A stretch of 64,000 nt of DNA from Gemmatimonadales bacterium. Its GTDB lineage: Bacteria; Gemmatimonadota; Gemmatimonadetes; Gemmatimonadales; JACORV01. Position 1 is the stretch's first letter, and the number at the start of each line of letters is the position of its first letter. Under the pieces are notes generated by a model. The model did no database searches, was not told where the DNA came from, and saw nothing but the letters and a program-made list of their open reading frames with translations. A program made the position numbers and the translations under genes. The stretch covers positions 3,641 to 67,640 of the forward strand of contig DASPSV010000012.1 of the NCBI GenBank assembly GCA_035623755.1. The letters run 5' to 3'. Shown here one piece after another: positions 29,233 to 38,898 of the stretch.

Positions 29233-29784
29233 CTACAGGCCGGACAGCTCGGCGAGGACCTCGGCCCCGTAGAAGAGGCGGATGTACTTGGCCTGGGTCG
29301 GCGTGAGCCGGCGCACCGCCCACGCGAGGTGGACGAAGTGCGGCTCGACCGGCGGCCGGAGCGGGTGCATGCCCAGCTCCTCGGGCAGGTGGCTGCCCTT
29401 GCGGGCGTTGCAGCTCGAGCACGCCGTCACGACGTTGGTCCAGGCGTTGGTGCCGCCGCGCGAGAGCGGGACCAGGTGGTCGCGCGTGAGGCACTCGCGC
29501 GGCCGGAGCTGCGCCGCGGAGCGCGCGCAGAACTGGCACCGGTAGCCGTCGCGGGCGAACAGGAAGGTGTTGGTCACCTGGCGGCGGAAGCGCCGCGGCA
29601 CGTGGACGAACTTGACCAGCCGGATGACGGCGGGCCGCGGGATGGAGAGGTGCGCCGAGCGCGCGAGGCGGCCGGCGTCGGACTCGACGATCTCGGCCTT
29701 GCCGTCGATCACGAGCCGCAGCGCCCGCCGCACCGGTACCATGGTGAGCGGTTCGAACGACGCATTCAACGCGAGGCATCGCAC
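29233..29784 (-). CDS. HNH endonuclease family protein
   Basis: The GTG at 29784 lies 9 nt after a GGAGG sequence. The product starts VRCLALNASFEPL (typical N-terminus) and carries CQFC...TRDHLVPLSRGGTNAWTNVVTACSSCNARKG, an HNH box with a CxxC...CxxC zinc site. Confidence 0.8.
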   Translation of the reverse strand: MRCLALNASFEPLTMVPVRRALRLVIDGKAEIVESDAGRLARSAHLSIPRPAVIRLVKFVHVPRRFRRQVTNTFLFARDGYRCQFCARSAAQLRPRECLTRDHLVPLSRGGTNAWTNVVTACSSCNARKGSHLPEELGMHPLRPPVEPHFVHLAWAVRRLTPTQAKYIRLFYGAEVLAELSGL

Positions 29785-29815
29785 CCGGAACACCCTCCGA
29801 GGCTCAGCCGCACAC

Positions 29816-29861
29816 CCACACACAACAAATCCCGTCTCGCTCGGGGCGAACGGGACGGGAT
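29816..29861 (-). terminator. terminator-like hairpin downstream of argH
   Basis: The minus strand has ATCCCGTC-(17 nt)-GACGGGAT followed by TTTGTTGTGTGTG. Confidence 0.4.
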
Positions 29862-29984
29862 GCTGCGGGTGCTACGGATGTCTTCACCACCACGTCCCAA
29901 GGGTGCCCTACCCGGCACCCGAGTTTCAACCTAGCGCGCCACCGGTCCGGCGGCAAGCGCGGCCGCCGCCGGGTGACGCGTCCG

Positions 29985-31367
29985 TCACGACGCGACGGCC
30001 GCCCGGGCGGCCGCGAGCTGGGCGGCGACGGCGTCCCGCGCGGTGCCGCCCGGGAGCCGGCGCCGCTCCACCGCCGCCTCGGGTCCGCCCAGCGCCGCGA
30101 GCGCCGCGGGCAGGGCCGGCGAGAGCCGCGCGGCCTCCTCGGCCCCCACCCGGTCGAGCGCGACGTGCAGCTCTTCGGCCCGCCGCACCAGCGCCCCCAC
30201 CACGCCGTGCGCCTCGCGGAAGGCCATGCCGCCCTGCACCAGCAGGTCGGCCAGGTCGGTCGCGAGCACCGCCGGCTCGAGCGCCGCCGCCATGCGGGCG
30301 GGATCCGGCGTCATCGTCTCCACCACGCCCGCGAGCAGCGCGGCCGCCTGCTCGGCCAGGTCCAGCGCCTCGAACAGCGCCGCGTTGTTCTCCTGCAGGT
30401 CCTTCTGGTAGCCGGTCGGCATCGCCTTGAGCGTGGCCACCAGGCCCACCAGCCGCCCCAGCAGCTGGCCCGCGGCGCCGCGCACCAGCTCCAGCGCGTC
30501 GGGGTTGCGCTTCTGCGGCATCAGGCTGCTGCCCGTCGTGAACGCCTCGCCGAGCTTCACGAAGCCGAACTCGGCCGACGAGAAGAGCACCAGGTCCTCG
30601 GCGAGCCGCGAGAGGTGCGTGCCGGCCAGCGTCGCGGCGAACACCGCCTCGACGGCGAAGTCGCGGTCGCCCACCGCGTCCATGGAGTTGGCGCTCACCT
30701 CCGCGAAGCCGAGGTCGGCGGCGAGCCGCTGCCGGTCCACGGCGAAGCCGGAGCCGGCGACGGCCCCCGAGCCCAGGGGCAGCACGGCCGCGCGCCGGCG
30801 CGCCTCGCCGATCCGGCCGCGGTCGCGGGCCAGCGGCCACACGTGGGCGAGCGCCCAGTGCGCCATCCGGACCGGCTGCGCCCGCTGGGTGTGGGTGTAG
30901 GCGGGCATCAGCGCGTCCATCCCGCGCTCCGCCTGGGCGATCAGCGCGCGCGCCAGCGACGCGAGGGCCGCGTCGAGCCTGGCCAGGGCGGCCACCGTCC
31001 ACAGCCTCAGGTCGGTGGCCATCTGGTCGTTGCGGGACCGGCCGGTGTGGAGCTTGCCCGCCACCGGACCCACGGTCTCGCCGAGCAGCCGCTCGATCAG
31101 GGAGTGGATGTCCTCGTCGCCCGCCGCATCCGCGGCGCCCGCCGCGAGCGCGGCCTCGACCCGCGCGAGGCCGGCCAGCAGGGTCTCGCGCTCCGCCGCG
31201 GCGAGCACCCGGCAGCGCTCCAGCGCGCACACCCACGCCCGGTTGGTGGCCAGGTCCTCGCGCCACAGGCGGCGGTCCACCGGGAGGCTGCGGTTGAGGC
31301 GGTCGAGGCGCGGATCCATCGGCTCCGCGAACCGGCCGCCCCACATGACGTGCGACGGCTCAGGCAC
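29985..31367 (-). CDS. argH: argininosuccinate lyase
   Basis: MWGGRFAEP..., GKLHTGRSRNDQ, and the fumarate-lyase signature GSSLMPQKRNPD. Confidence 0.92.
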   Translation of the reverse strand: MPEPSHVMWGGRFAEPMDPRLDRLNRSLPVDRRLWREDLATNRAWVCALERCRVLAAAERETLLAGLARVEAALAAGAADAAGDEDIHSLIERLLGETVGPVAGKLHTGRSRNDQMATDLRLWTVAALARLDAALASLARALIAQAERGMDALMPAYTHTQRAQPVRMAHWALAHVWPLARDRGRIGEARRRAAVLPLGSGAVAGSGFAVDRQRLAADLGFAEVSANSMDAVGDRDFAVEAVFAATLAGTHLSRLAEDLVLFSSAEFGFVKLGEAFTTGSSLMPQKRNPDALELVRGAAGQLLGRLVGLVATLKAMPTGYQKDLQENNAALFEALDLAEQAAALLAGVVETMTPDPARMAAALEPAVLATDLADLLVQGGMAFREAHGVVGALVRRAEELHVALDRVGAEEAARLSPALPAALAALGGPEAAVERRRLPGGTARDAVAAQLAAARAAVAS

Positions 31368-32201
31368 GCGCGGCGACCGGGACGTGGACCAGCTCCGACA
31401 GGGGGCGCGGCGCCCAGCCCAGCAGCGCCGCCGCGCGGCGGGAGTCGAGCGACGTGTCCCGCGGACGCGACGACGGGCGGTCGGTCTCCACGATCAGCGC
31501 GGGATCGAAGCGGTACAGGGCGCAGACGAGGCGGCCGATCTCGACCCGCGACAGCCGCTCGGGCCCCGCGACGTGGTAGACGCCCGTGACCTCGAGGGTC
31601 GCGAGCTCCCAGGCGGCCCGCGCCACGTCGTCGACGAAGGTCGCGCTGCGCCACTCGTCGCGGTACAGCTCCACGCGCCGGCCGCGCACCAGGCTCTCGC
31701 ACTCGTAGGCGGGCCGCAGCATGATCCCGCTCTCGCCGACCAGGAGCGAGGTCCGCACCACCAGGGCGTTGGGGTGCTCGGCGCGCACCAGCGCCTCCGC
31801 CTCGGCCTTCATCGCGCCGTAGGTCTCGATCGGCGCAACGACGCTCTGCTCGCTGTAGCCGCCGCTCCGGCCGTCGAACACCATGTCGGTCGAGAACAGC
31901 ACGAACCGCGCGCCGGCGGCGAGCGCCGCCCGCGCCGCGCCGACCGCGGCGTCCACGGTGACGGCACTGTTGGACTTGTCGTAGGCGCAGAAGAAGACCA
32001 CCGACGGCCGCTCCTGCTCGACCAGCGTGCGCACGGCCGACGGCGCGGTGAGATCGACGTGCAGCTCCCGCCAGTTGCCGGGCCGGACCGGGCGGCGCCC
32101 GCCGGTGCCGGCCAGGTCCACGTCGCGGGGGGCGAGCGCGAGGAGGCGCGAGCCCAGGAAGCCCGACGCGCCGACGACGAGCGCGCGAACGGGCCTCGGG
32201 C

Positions 32202-32205
<4 letters not shown>
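31360..32205 (-). CDS. NAD(P)-dependent SDR, RmlD/dTDP-4-dehydrorhamnose-reductase-like
   Basis: ALVVGASGFLGSRL is a Rossmann glycine motif, and YGAMKAEAE is the YxxxK catalytic motif. The start is uncertain: the only nearby in-frame candidate is the CTG at 32205, or an upstream GTG that overlaps argG. Confidence 0.65.
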
Positions 32206-33431
<1,226 letters not shown>

Positions 33432-33459
33432 GACCGCGACCCTTCGCTGAGGAAACGGC

Positions 33460-33485
33460 TGTTTATGCAAAGCAACGCATAAACA
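33460..33485 (-). promoter_or_regulatory. candidate ArgR operator (ARG-box-like palindrome) in argG upstream region
   Basis: TGTTTATGC-AAAGCAAC-GCATAAACA is a perfect 9-bp inverted repeat in a locally AT-rich patch. It lies between the argR stop (33507) and the argG start (33431). Confidence 0.45.
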
Positions 33486-33506
33486 TACAGGCGCGTGGCG
33501 GGGGGT

Positions 33507-33962
33507 TCAATGCCTCGGCGCGGTGTAGTCGGCGAGCCGGCGCGCCAGCTTGCGCCGCGCCGCGGGACTGCGGGTCACGATCAGGACGGTGTCGTCGCCG
33601 GCCAGGGTCCCGAGCACCTCCGGCCAGGCCTCGCGGTCGAGCGCGGCGGCCAGGGCGCCGGCCCCGCCGGTCGGGGTGCGGATCACCAGCAGCGGCCCGA
33701 CGCCGTCCGACCGGAGCAGCAGCGAGGGCACGAAGCCGGCGAGCGTGGGCGAGGGCACGGTCTCTTCCGGCGGCGCGGCGTAGAACAGGGCGCCGTCGGC
33801 GTCCTGCTGCTTCACGAGGCCGAGCTCGTGGATGTCGCGGGACAGCGTGGCCTGGGTGACGTCGAAGCCGGCGTGCGTCAGCAGCGCGCGCAGCCGCTCC
33901 TGGCTCGGGATGGAGTGCTCGCGCACCAGGCGCAGGATCGCCGCGTGCCGCTGGGCTTTCAT
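33507..33962 (-). CDS. argR: arginine repressor
   Basis: MKAQRHAAILRLVREHSIPSQERLRALLTHAGFDVTQATLSRDIHELGLVK is the winged-helix domain with the SRDI motif. The C-terminal oligomerisation domain contains GTLAGDDTVLIV. Confidence 0.88.
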   Translation of the reverse strand: MKAQRHAAILRLVREHSIPSQERLRALLTHAGFDVTQATLSRDIHELGLVKQQDADGALFYAAPPEETVPSPTLAGFVPSLLLRSDGVGPLLVIRTPTGGAGALAAALDREAWPEVLGTLAGDDTVLIVTRSPAARRKLARRLADYTAPRH

Positions 33963-33975
33963 CCGCTCCTCGTCG

Positions 33976-35307
33976 TCAGGACCGCGCCAACATACCGCCG
34001 GGAGCCGGCGCGCGCGACACGGCGGCCGCCGCGCGCGCGTACCCGTCGCGCTCGGCCGCCAGCGCGACCCCGGGGAACCGGCCGCGGTCGTAGACCACGC
34101 GGCCGGCCACCGCCGCGAGGGTCACGTCGGACGCGGTCGCGCCCCACGCCACGGCCTCCTCCACGTCGCGGGCCGCGGCGAAGGCGGGCCCGGACAGATC
34201 CACGGCCGCCAGGTCGCCCCACGCGCCCGGCGTCAGGGTGCCGGCGTCCGCGAGGCCGAGAGCCGCGGCGCCGTCCGCCGTCATGAGGCGCAGCATCTCG
34301 CGCGGCGCCAGCGCGACGCCGGTCGCCGCGAGCCGCGCCTCGGCGAACAGGTCGAGGCGCCCTCCGGCCGCCACCGAGTCGGTCCCGAGGCCGACGGCGA
34401 GGCCCGCGCCGCGCATCGCGCGGAGGTCGGCCCGGCCGTGCCCGAGCACGGCGTTCGACCACGGGCAGTGCACGGCCGTCGCTCCGAGGCGCCGGGCGAT
34501 GCGGAAATCGTCCGCCCCCGCCGTGACGCAGTGGATGAGGAGCGGCCGCCGCGCCAGGAACCCGACGCGCTCGAGCCAGCGCACGATCGTCATCCCGCGA
34601 GCGTCCACCCGGATCCCGCGCGCGCGCAGGTCGTCGGCGAACGGGCCGCGCGCCTCCTCCACCAGCTCGCGCTCCTCTCGCGACTCGGCGACGTGCATCG
34701 CGGTCTTGAGGCCCCGGGTCGCGGCGACGGCCGTGACCGCGGCGAGCAGCGGCTCGGACACCGTGTACGGTGCGTGCGGAGCCAGGCCCACGGTCACCCG
34801 GTCGGAGGCGCACGGCGCGAGCTCGTCCAGCGCGCGCTCGAGCCCGGCCACCACCTCCGCGCACTGCGCGGGATCGGGGCCGTACACCTCGTGGTAGGCG
34901 ACGCCGCGGCCGCCGAGCGCGGCCAGGGCCGGCGCCACCTGCTGCCCCGAGCCGGTGTCGCCGAAGGTGGTGATGCCCGCCGCGAAGCCCTCCAGCACGC
35001 CCCAGCGGGTCGAGGCGCGGAGGGCCTCCGGATCCAGGGCGCGCTTGAGGGCGCGGACGGTCTGCAGCCAGGCGGGGAACGGCAGGTCGCGCACCAGGCC
35101 CCGCAGCGCGGTCAGCTCGAGATGGCAGTGCGCGTCGACCAGTCCCGGCAGCAGCGCCGCGTCGCCGAGGGCGAGCGCGGCGGCGCCGGCCGGCCGCGGC
35201 ACCGCGGCCTCCGGGCCCACCGCGGCGATGCGCCCGTCGGCGCCCACCAGCACCGCGCCGTCCGCCACGGGGGGGCCGCCCACGGGCAGCACCCACCGCG
35301 CGCTCAC
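33976..35307 (-). CDS. metal-dependent amidohydrolase (chlorohydrolase/aminohydrolase, MtaD/SsnA-like)
   Basis: LPGLVDAHCHLE is the HxH metal site. Also HAPYTVS, MHVAESREE and GLGTDS. I preferred the GTG at 35307 because the ATG at 35370 would overlap the upstream PBP gene by 44 nt. Confidence 0.75.
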   Translation of the reverse strand: MSARWVLPVGGPPVADGAVLVGADGRIAAVGPEAAVPRPAGAAALALGDAALLPGLVDAHCHLELTALRGLVRDLPFPAWLQTVRALKRALDPEALRASTRWGVLEGFAAGITTFGDTGSGQQVAPALAALGGRGVAYHEVYGPDPAQCAEVVAGLERALDELAPCASDRVTVGLAPHAPYTVSEPLLAAVTAVAATRGLKTAMHVAESREERELVEEARGPFADDLRARGIRVDARGMTIVRWLERVGFLARRPLLIHCVTAGADDFRIARRLGATAVHCPWSNAVLGHGRADLRAMRGAGLAVGLGTDSVAAGGRLDLFAEARLAATGVALAPREMLRLMTADGAAALGLADAGTLTPGAWGDLAAVDLSGPAFAAARDVEEAVAWGATASDVTLAAVAGRVVYDRGRFPGVALAAERDGYARAAAAVSRAPAPGGMLARS

Positions 35308-35326
35308 GCGCAGGGCCGCGGCCGGC

Positions 35327-37516
35327 TCAGCCGCCGGTGCGCGGCCGCTTCGGGGGTTTGACGCCGCCATCGGCGGGCGGTGCCGGCGCCGCCGCCGCGG
35401 GCGCGGCCGGGGCCGCGTTCGGCCCGGTGTGCAGCGGGCAGAATTCCGTCGGCACCGCGTCGGGCGCGAACACCTCCCAGCGGCGCGACGCCGGCGGACA
35501 GTAGGGGGTGGCCAGCTTGCCGCTCTGGACGTCGATCTCGCGCTGCACCATGCCGGTGGGCCGCACCCAGTCGGTCGCCGGCGGCCGGCGCTCGTACACT
35601 TCCTTCATGAAGCTCGCCCACGCCGGGGCCACCAGCAGCCCGCCCTGCGCGTTGCTCTTGATGGTCTGCGGGTTGTCGAACCCCATCCAGAAGCCCGCCA
35701 CCAGCTCGTGGGTGTAGCCGATGAACCACACGTCCGTGTAGTCGTTGGTGGTGCCGCTCTTGCCGCCCGCGGGCACGTCGAACCCCGAGCGCTTGACCGC
35801 CCCGGCCCCGGTGCCGTAGCGCAGCACGTCGCGCAGCATGTCGTTCAGCACGTAGGACTGGTCGGTCGACATCACCCGCTCGCGCCGCGGCTGCTGCTCC
35901 CACAGCACCTTGCCGTCCGCGTCCTCGACCCGGACCACGGCGAATGGCGCCGCGCGCACGCCCAGCGTGGGCGGCGCCGTGTACGCCGAGACCATCTCGA
36001 GCGGGATCACGCTGGCCGACCCGATGAACATGGACGGCACCGCGGGCACCTGGGTCGAGAGCCCGTAGCGCTGCGCCTCGCTCACCACGGCGTCCACCCC
36101 GAGCTCCATGCCCAGGCGGATCGTGACCAGGTTGATCGACAGCGCCAGCGCGCGCCGCAGGGTGATCGGCCCCGGCGACTCCTCCTGCTCGAAGTTGTGC
36201 GGCTCCCAGATCGTGCCGTCGGACATGGGCAGCGCGATCGCCGAGTCGGGCAGCATCTCCTCCGGCGAGTGGCCCGAGCGCAGCGCGGCCGAGTACACGA
36301 ACAGCTTGAAGGTCGAGCCCGGCTGGCGCTCGGCCTGCGTGGCCCGGTTGAACTTCGAGTCGTCGAAGTCCCGCCCCCCGACCATCGCCCGCACGGCCCC
36401 GGTGGTGTCCATCGCCACCATCGCGCCCTGGAGGTACGGCGTGGAGGTCTGCTCCTCGGTCTCGTTCCCGGTGGCCGCCGCCACGTACTGCGCGTAGGTC
36501 TTGTGCTGGAAGCGGCCGTAGGCGCCGGCCTCGATCGCCTCGAGCTGGGCCTCGAGCGTCCGCTCGGCCGCCTGCTGCATGTCGAGGTCGAGCGTGGTGT
36601 AGATCCGGTAGCCCTTCTCGTACAGGTCGCGGCCGAACCGCGCGTCGAGCTGCTCCCGGATCCACTCGATGAAGTACGGCGCCACGTCGCCGTAGTCCTG
36701 GCGCGCGGACAGGGTGAGCGGGTAGGCCTCGGCCTCCTCCGCCTGCGCCGCCGTGAGGTAGCCCTGCTGGCGCATCAGCTCGAGGACCACGTTGCGCCGC
36801 TGCACCGCGCGCGCCGGATAGCGGCGCGGATTGTAGCGCGCGGGCGCCTTGGGGAGCGCGGCCAGCAGCGCGGCCTCCGGAATGGAGAGGTCGCGGGCCG
36901 ACTTGCCGAAGTAGCGCTGCGCCGCGGCCTCGACGCCGAAGGCGCCGTTGAAGCTGATCTGGTTGAGGTACAGCTCGAGGATGCGGTCCTTGGAGTAGGT
37001 CCGCTCCAGCTCCAGCGCGACGCGGGCCTCGCGCAGCTTGCGCACCAGGGTCTTCTCCCGCGAGATGCGGTCCTGGAACACGTTGCGCGCCAGCTGCATC
37101 GTGATCGTCGAGAAGCCCTGCACCATCGAGCGGGCCCGGAGGTTCGCGAACGCCGAGCCGAGGATGCGGGAGTAGTCGATGCCGTGGTGCTGGTAGAAGC
37201 GCTTGTCCTCGATGGCGATGAACGCCTGCCGCAGGTACGGCGGCATCTCCTGCAGCGGGATCACGGTGCGGCGCTCGTAGCCCAGCTCGGTGATGAGCCG
37301 GTCGTCCATGGCGTAGACCTTCGACGCCATCTGCGGGCGGTACTCGTCGAGGATGGCGATCGACGGGCAGGCGCGTCCGGCGCACACCCGGGTCCAGCTT
37401 CCGATGGCCAGCCCGAGCACGAAGCCGACGACCAGCAGCAGGTAGGAGACCGTCCGGCGGGCCCGGTCGGGGGCGAACCACCGCCGGAGATGGGCGACGA
37501 GGGGCGTATCCGCCAT
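35327..37516 (-). CDS. class A penicillin-binding protein (PBP1A: glycosyltransferase + transpeptidase)
   Basis: N-terminal TM anchor. GT51 motifs AIEDKRFYQHHGID and RKLREA. Transpeptidase motifs SPGSTFKLFVY (SxxK), SIN (SxN) and KSGTT (KTG-type). Confidence 0.9.
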   Translation of the reverse strand: MADTPLVAHLRRWFAPDRARRTVSYLLLVVGFVLGLAIGSWTRVCAGRACPSIAILDEYRPQMASKVYAMDDRLITELGYERRTVIPLQEMPPYLRQAFIAIEDKRFYQHHGIDYSRILGSAFANLRARSMVQGFSTITMQLARNVFQDRISREKTLVRKLREARVALELERTYSKDRILELYLNQISFNGAFGVEAAAQRYFGKSARDLSIPEAALLAALPKAPARYNPRRYPARAVQRRNVVLELMRQQGYLTAAQAEEAEAYPLTLSARQDYGDVAPYFIEWIREQLDARFGRDLYEKGYRIYTTLDLDMQQAAERTLEAQLEAIEAGAYGRFQHKTYAQYVAAATGNETEEQTSTPYLQGAMVAMDTTGAVRAMVGGRDFDDSKFNRATQAERQPGSTFKLFVYSAALRSGHSPEEMLPDSAIALPMSDGTIWEPHNFEQEESPGPITLRRALALSINLVTIRLGMELGVDAVVSEAQRYGLSTQVPAVPSMFIGSASVIPLEMVSAYTAPPTLGVRAAPFAVVRVEDADGKVLWEQQPRRERVMSTDQSYVLNDMLRDVLRYGTGAGAVKRSGFDVPAGGKSGTTNDYTDVWFIGYTHELVAGFWMGFDNPQTIKSNAQGGLLVAPAWASFMKEVYERRPPATDWVRPTGMVQREIDVQSGKLATPYCPPASRRWEVFAPDAVPTEFCPLHTGPNAAPAAPAAAAPAPPADGGVKPPKRPRTGG

Positions 37517-37548
37517 GAGCGACGGAAGTTACCGGGACCGCCGTGCGC

Positions 37549-37578
37549 TTGCCAGCGGGCGGGGGCCGCGGCTACGAT
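37549..37578 (+). promoter_or_regulatory. candidate sigma-70-type promoter giving a leaderless tyrS mRNA
   Basis: TTGCCA (37549-54), an 18-nt spacer, then TACGAT (37573-78). The -10 element ends 5 nt before the ATG at 37584, and no Shine-Dalgarno sequence is present. Confidence 0.3.
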
Positions 37579-37583
37579 AGCGC

Positions 37584-38792
37584 ATGCCCGCCTTCCCTCC
37601 TGTCAACGAGCAGATGGACGCGATCCGCCGCGGCACGGTGGAAATCGTCCCCGAGGACGCCCTGGTCCGGAAGGTCGAGCGGTCCGTCGCGACCGGCGTG
37701 CCGCTGGTGGTGAAGCAGGGCTTCGACCCGACGCGGCCGCACCTCCACCTCGGCTACATGGTCTCGATCCGGAAGCTGCGGACCTTCCAGGACCTCGGCC
37801 ACACGGTGGTGTTCCTGCTGGGCGACTTCACCGCGCTGGTGGGCGACCCGAGCGGCCGCAGCGAGACGCGGCCGCGCCTCAGCGAGGCCGAGGTCGCCGC
37901 CAACGCCGCGACCTACAAGGACCAGGTGTTCAAGGTCCTCGATCCCACGCGCACCGTGATCGAGCGCAACAGCCGCTGGCTGCGCCCGCTCGCGCTGCCC
38001 GACATCCTGACGCTCACCAGCCACTACACGGTCGCCCGGATGCTGGAGCGGGACGATTTCGCGAAGCGGCACGCGGCGGGGAACCCGATCTCGCTGTTCG
38101 AGTTCCTCTACCCGCTGCTCGTGGCCTACGACTCGGTGGTGCTCAAGGCCGACGTGGAGATGGGCGGCACCGACCAGAAGTACAACCTGCTGGTCGGCCG
38201 GACGCTGATGGAGCGCTACGGGATGGAGCCGCAGGTGGCGTGCATCATGCCGCTGCTGCGGGGCACGGACGGCGAGCGCAAGATGTCGCAGTCCTACGAC
38301 AACTACATCGGCATCACGGAGCCACCCGAGGACCAGTACGGCAAGACGATGTCCATCCCCGACACGCTGCTCGAGGAGTGGACCACGCTGGTCTCCTCGG
38401 TCCCGGGCGCCGGCCTGGCGGCCGCGCTGGCGCGCTGCCGCACCGAGCCGTACGCGGCCAAGCGCGCGCTGGCCCGCGACATCGTGGCGCAGTTCCACGG
38501 CGCGGACGCCGCGGCGCGGGCCGAGGCGCACTTCGACCGGCTGTTCAAGTCGAAGCAGGCGCCGGCGGAGCTCCCGACGCTGCCGTTCACCCCCGGCTCG
38601 ACGCTGGCGCAGGTCATCAAGGAGATCGGCTTCGCCGGCTCGACGAGCGAAGCGAGGCGGGTCGCTGCCCAGGGTGGTGTGCTGCTCGACGGCGTGAAGG
38701 TCGAGGACCCGAACCGCAAGCTCGAGGCGGGCGAGCACGTTCTGAAGTTCGGGAAGCTGAAGTTCGCGAAACTGGTGCCGAGAGCGACCTGA
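37584..38792 (+). CDS. tyrS: tyrosine--tRNA ligase
   Basis: The HIGH motif appears as PHLHLGY and KMSKS as KMSQS. The C-terminal S4-like domain contains EARRVAAQGGVLLDGVKV. Confidence 0.9.
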   Translation: MPAFPPVNEQMDAIRRGTVEIVPEDALVRKVERSVATGVPLVVKQGFDPTRPHLHLGYMVSIRKLRTFQDLGHTVVFLLGDFTALVGDPSGRSETRPRLSEAEVAANAATYKDQVFKVLDPTRTVIERNSRWLRPLALPDILTLTSHYTVARMLERDDFAKRHAAGNPISLFEFLYPLLVAYDSVVLKADVEMGGTDQKYNLLVGRTLMERYGMEPQVACIMPLLRGTDGERKMSQSYDNYIGITEPPEDQYGKTMSIPDTLLEEWTTLVSSVPGAGLAAALARCRTEPYAAKRALARDIVAQFHGADAAARAEAHFDRLFKSKQAPAELPTLPFTPGSTLAQVIKEIGFAGSTSEARRVAAQGGVLLDGVKVEDPNRKLEAGEHVLKFGKLKFAKLVPRAT

Positions 38793-38829
38793 CGGGGAAC
38801 GAGGAAGTGGTGCGGTGAGAGGGGCCGCG

Positions 38830-38898
38830 CTCACCTCTCACGGCTTCTGCTTCTCACCTCTCACGTGGACGTCTCACCTCTCACCCCTCACCTCTCAC
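38830..38898. repeat. four direct copies of the 12-mer CTCACCTCTCAC (plus one inverted partial copy at 38814-38822)
   Basis: Exact copies at 38830-41, 38853-64, 38873-84 and 38887-98. The first copy pairs with GGTGAGAGG (38814-22) to form a hairpin after the tyrS stop. The last copy overlaps the stop of the convergent aminotransferase gene. Confidence 0.6.

Noticed and set aside
38830-38898. Possible CRISPR array suggested by repeated CTCACCTCTCAC units.
   Set aside because: The repeats are only 12 nt with 2-11 nt between them and there are no cas genes. That is far too short for CRISPR repeats and spacers.
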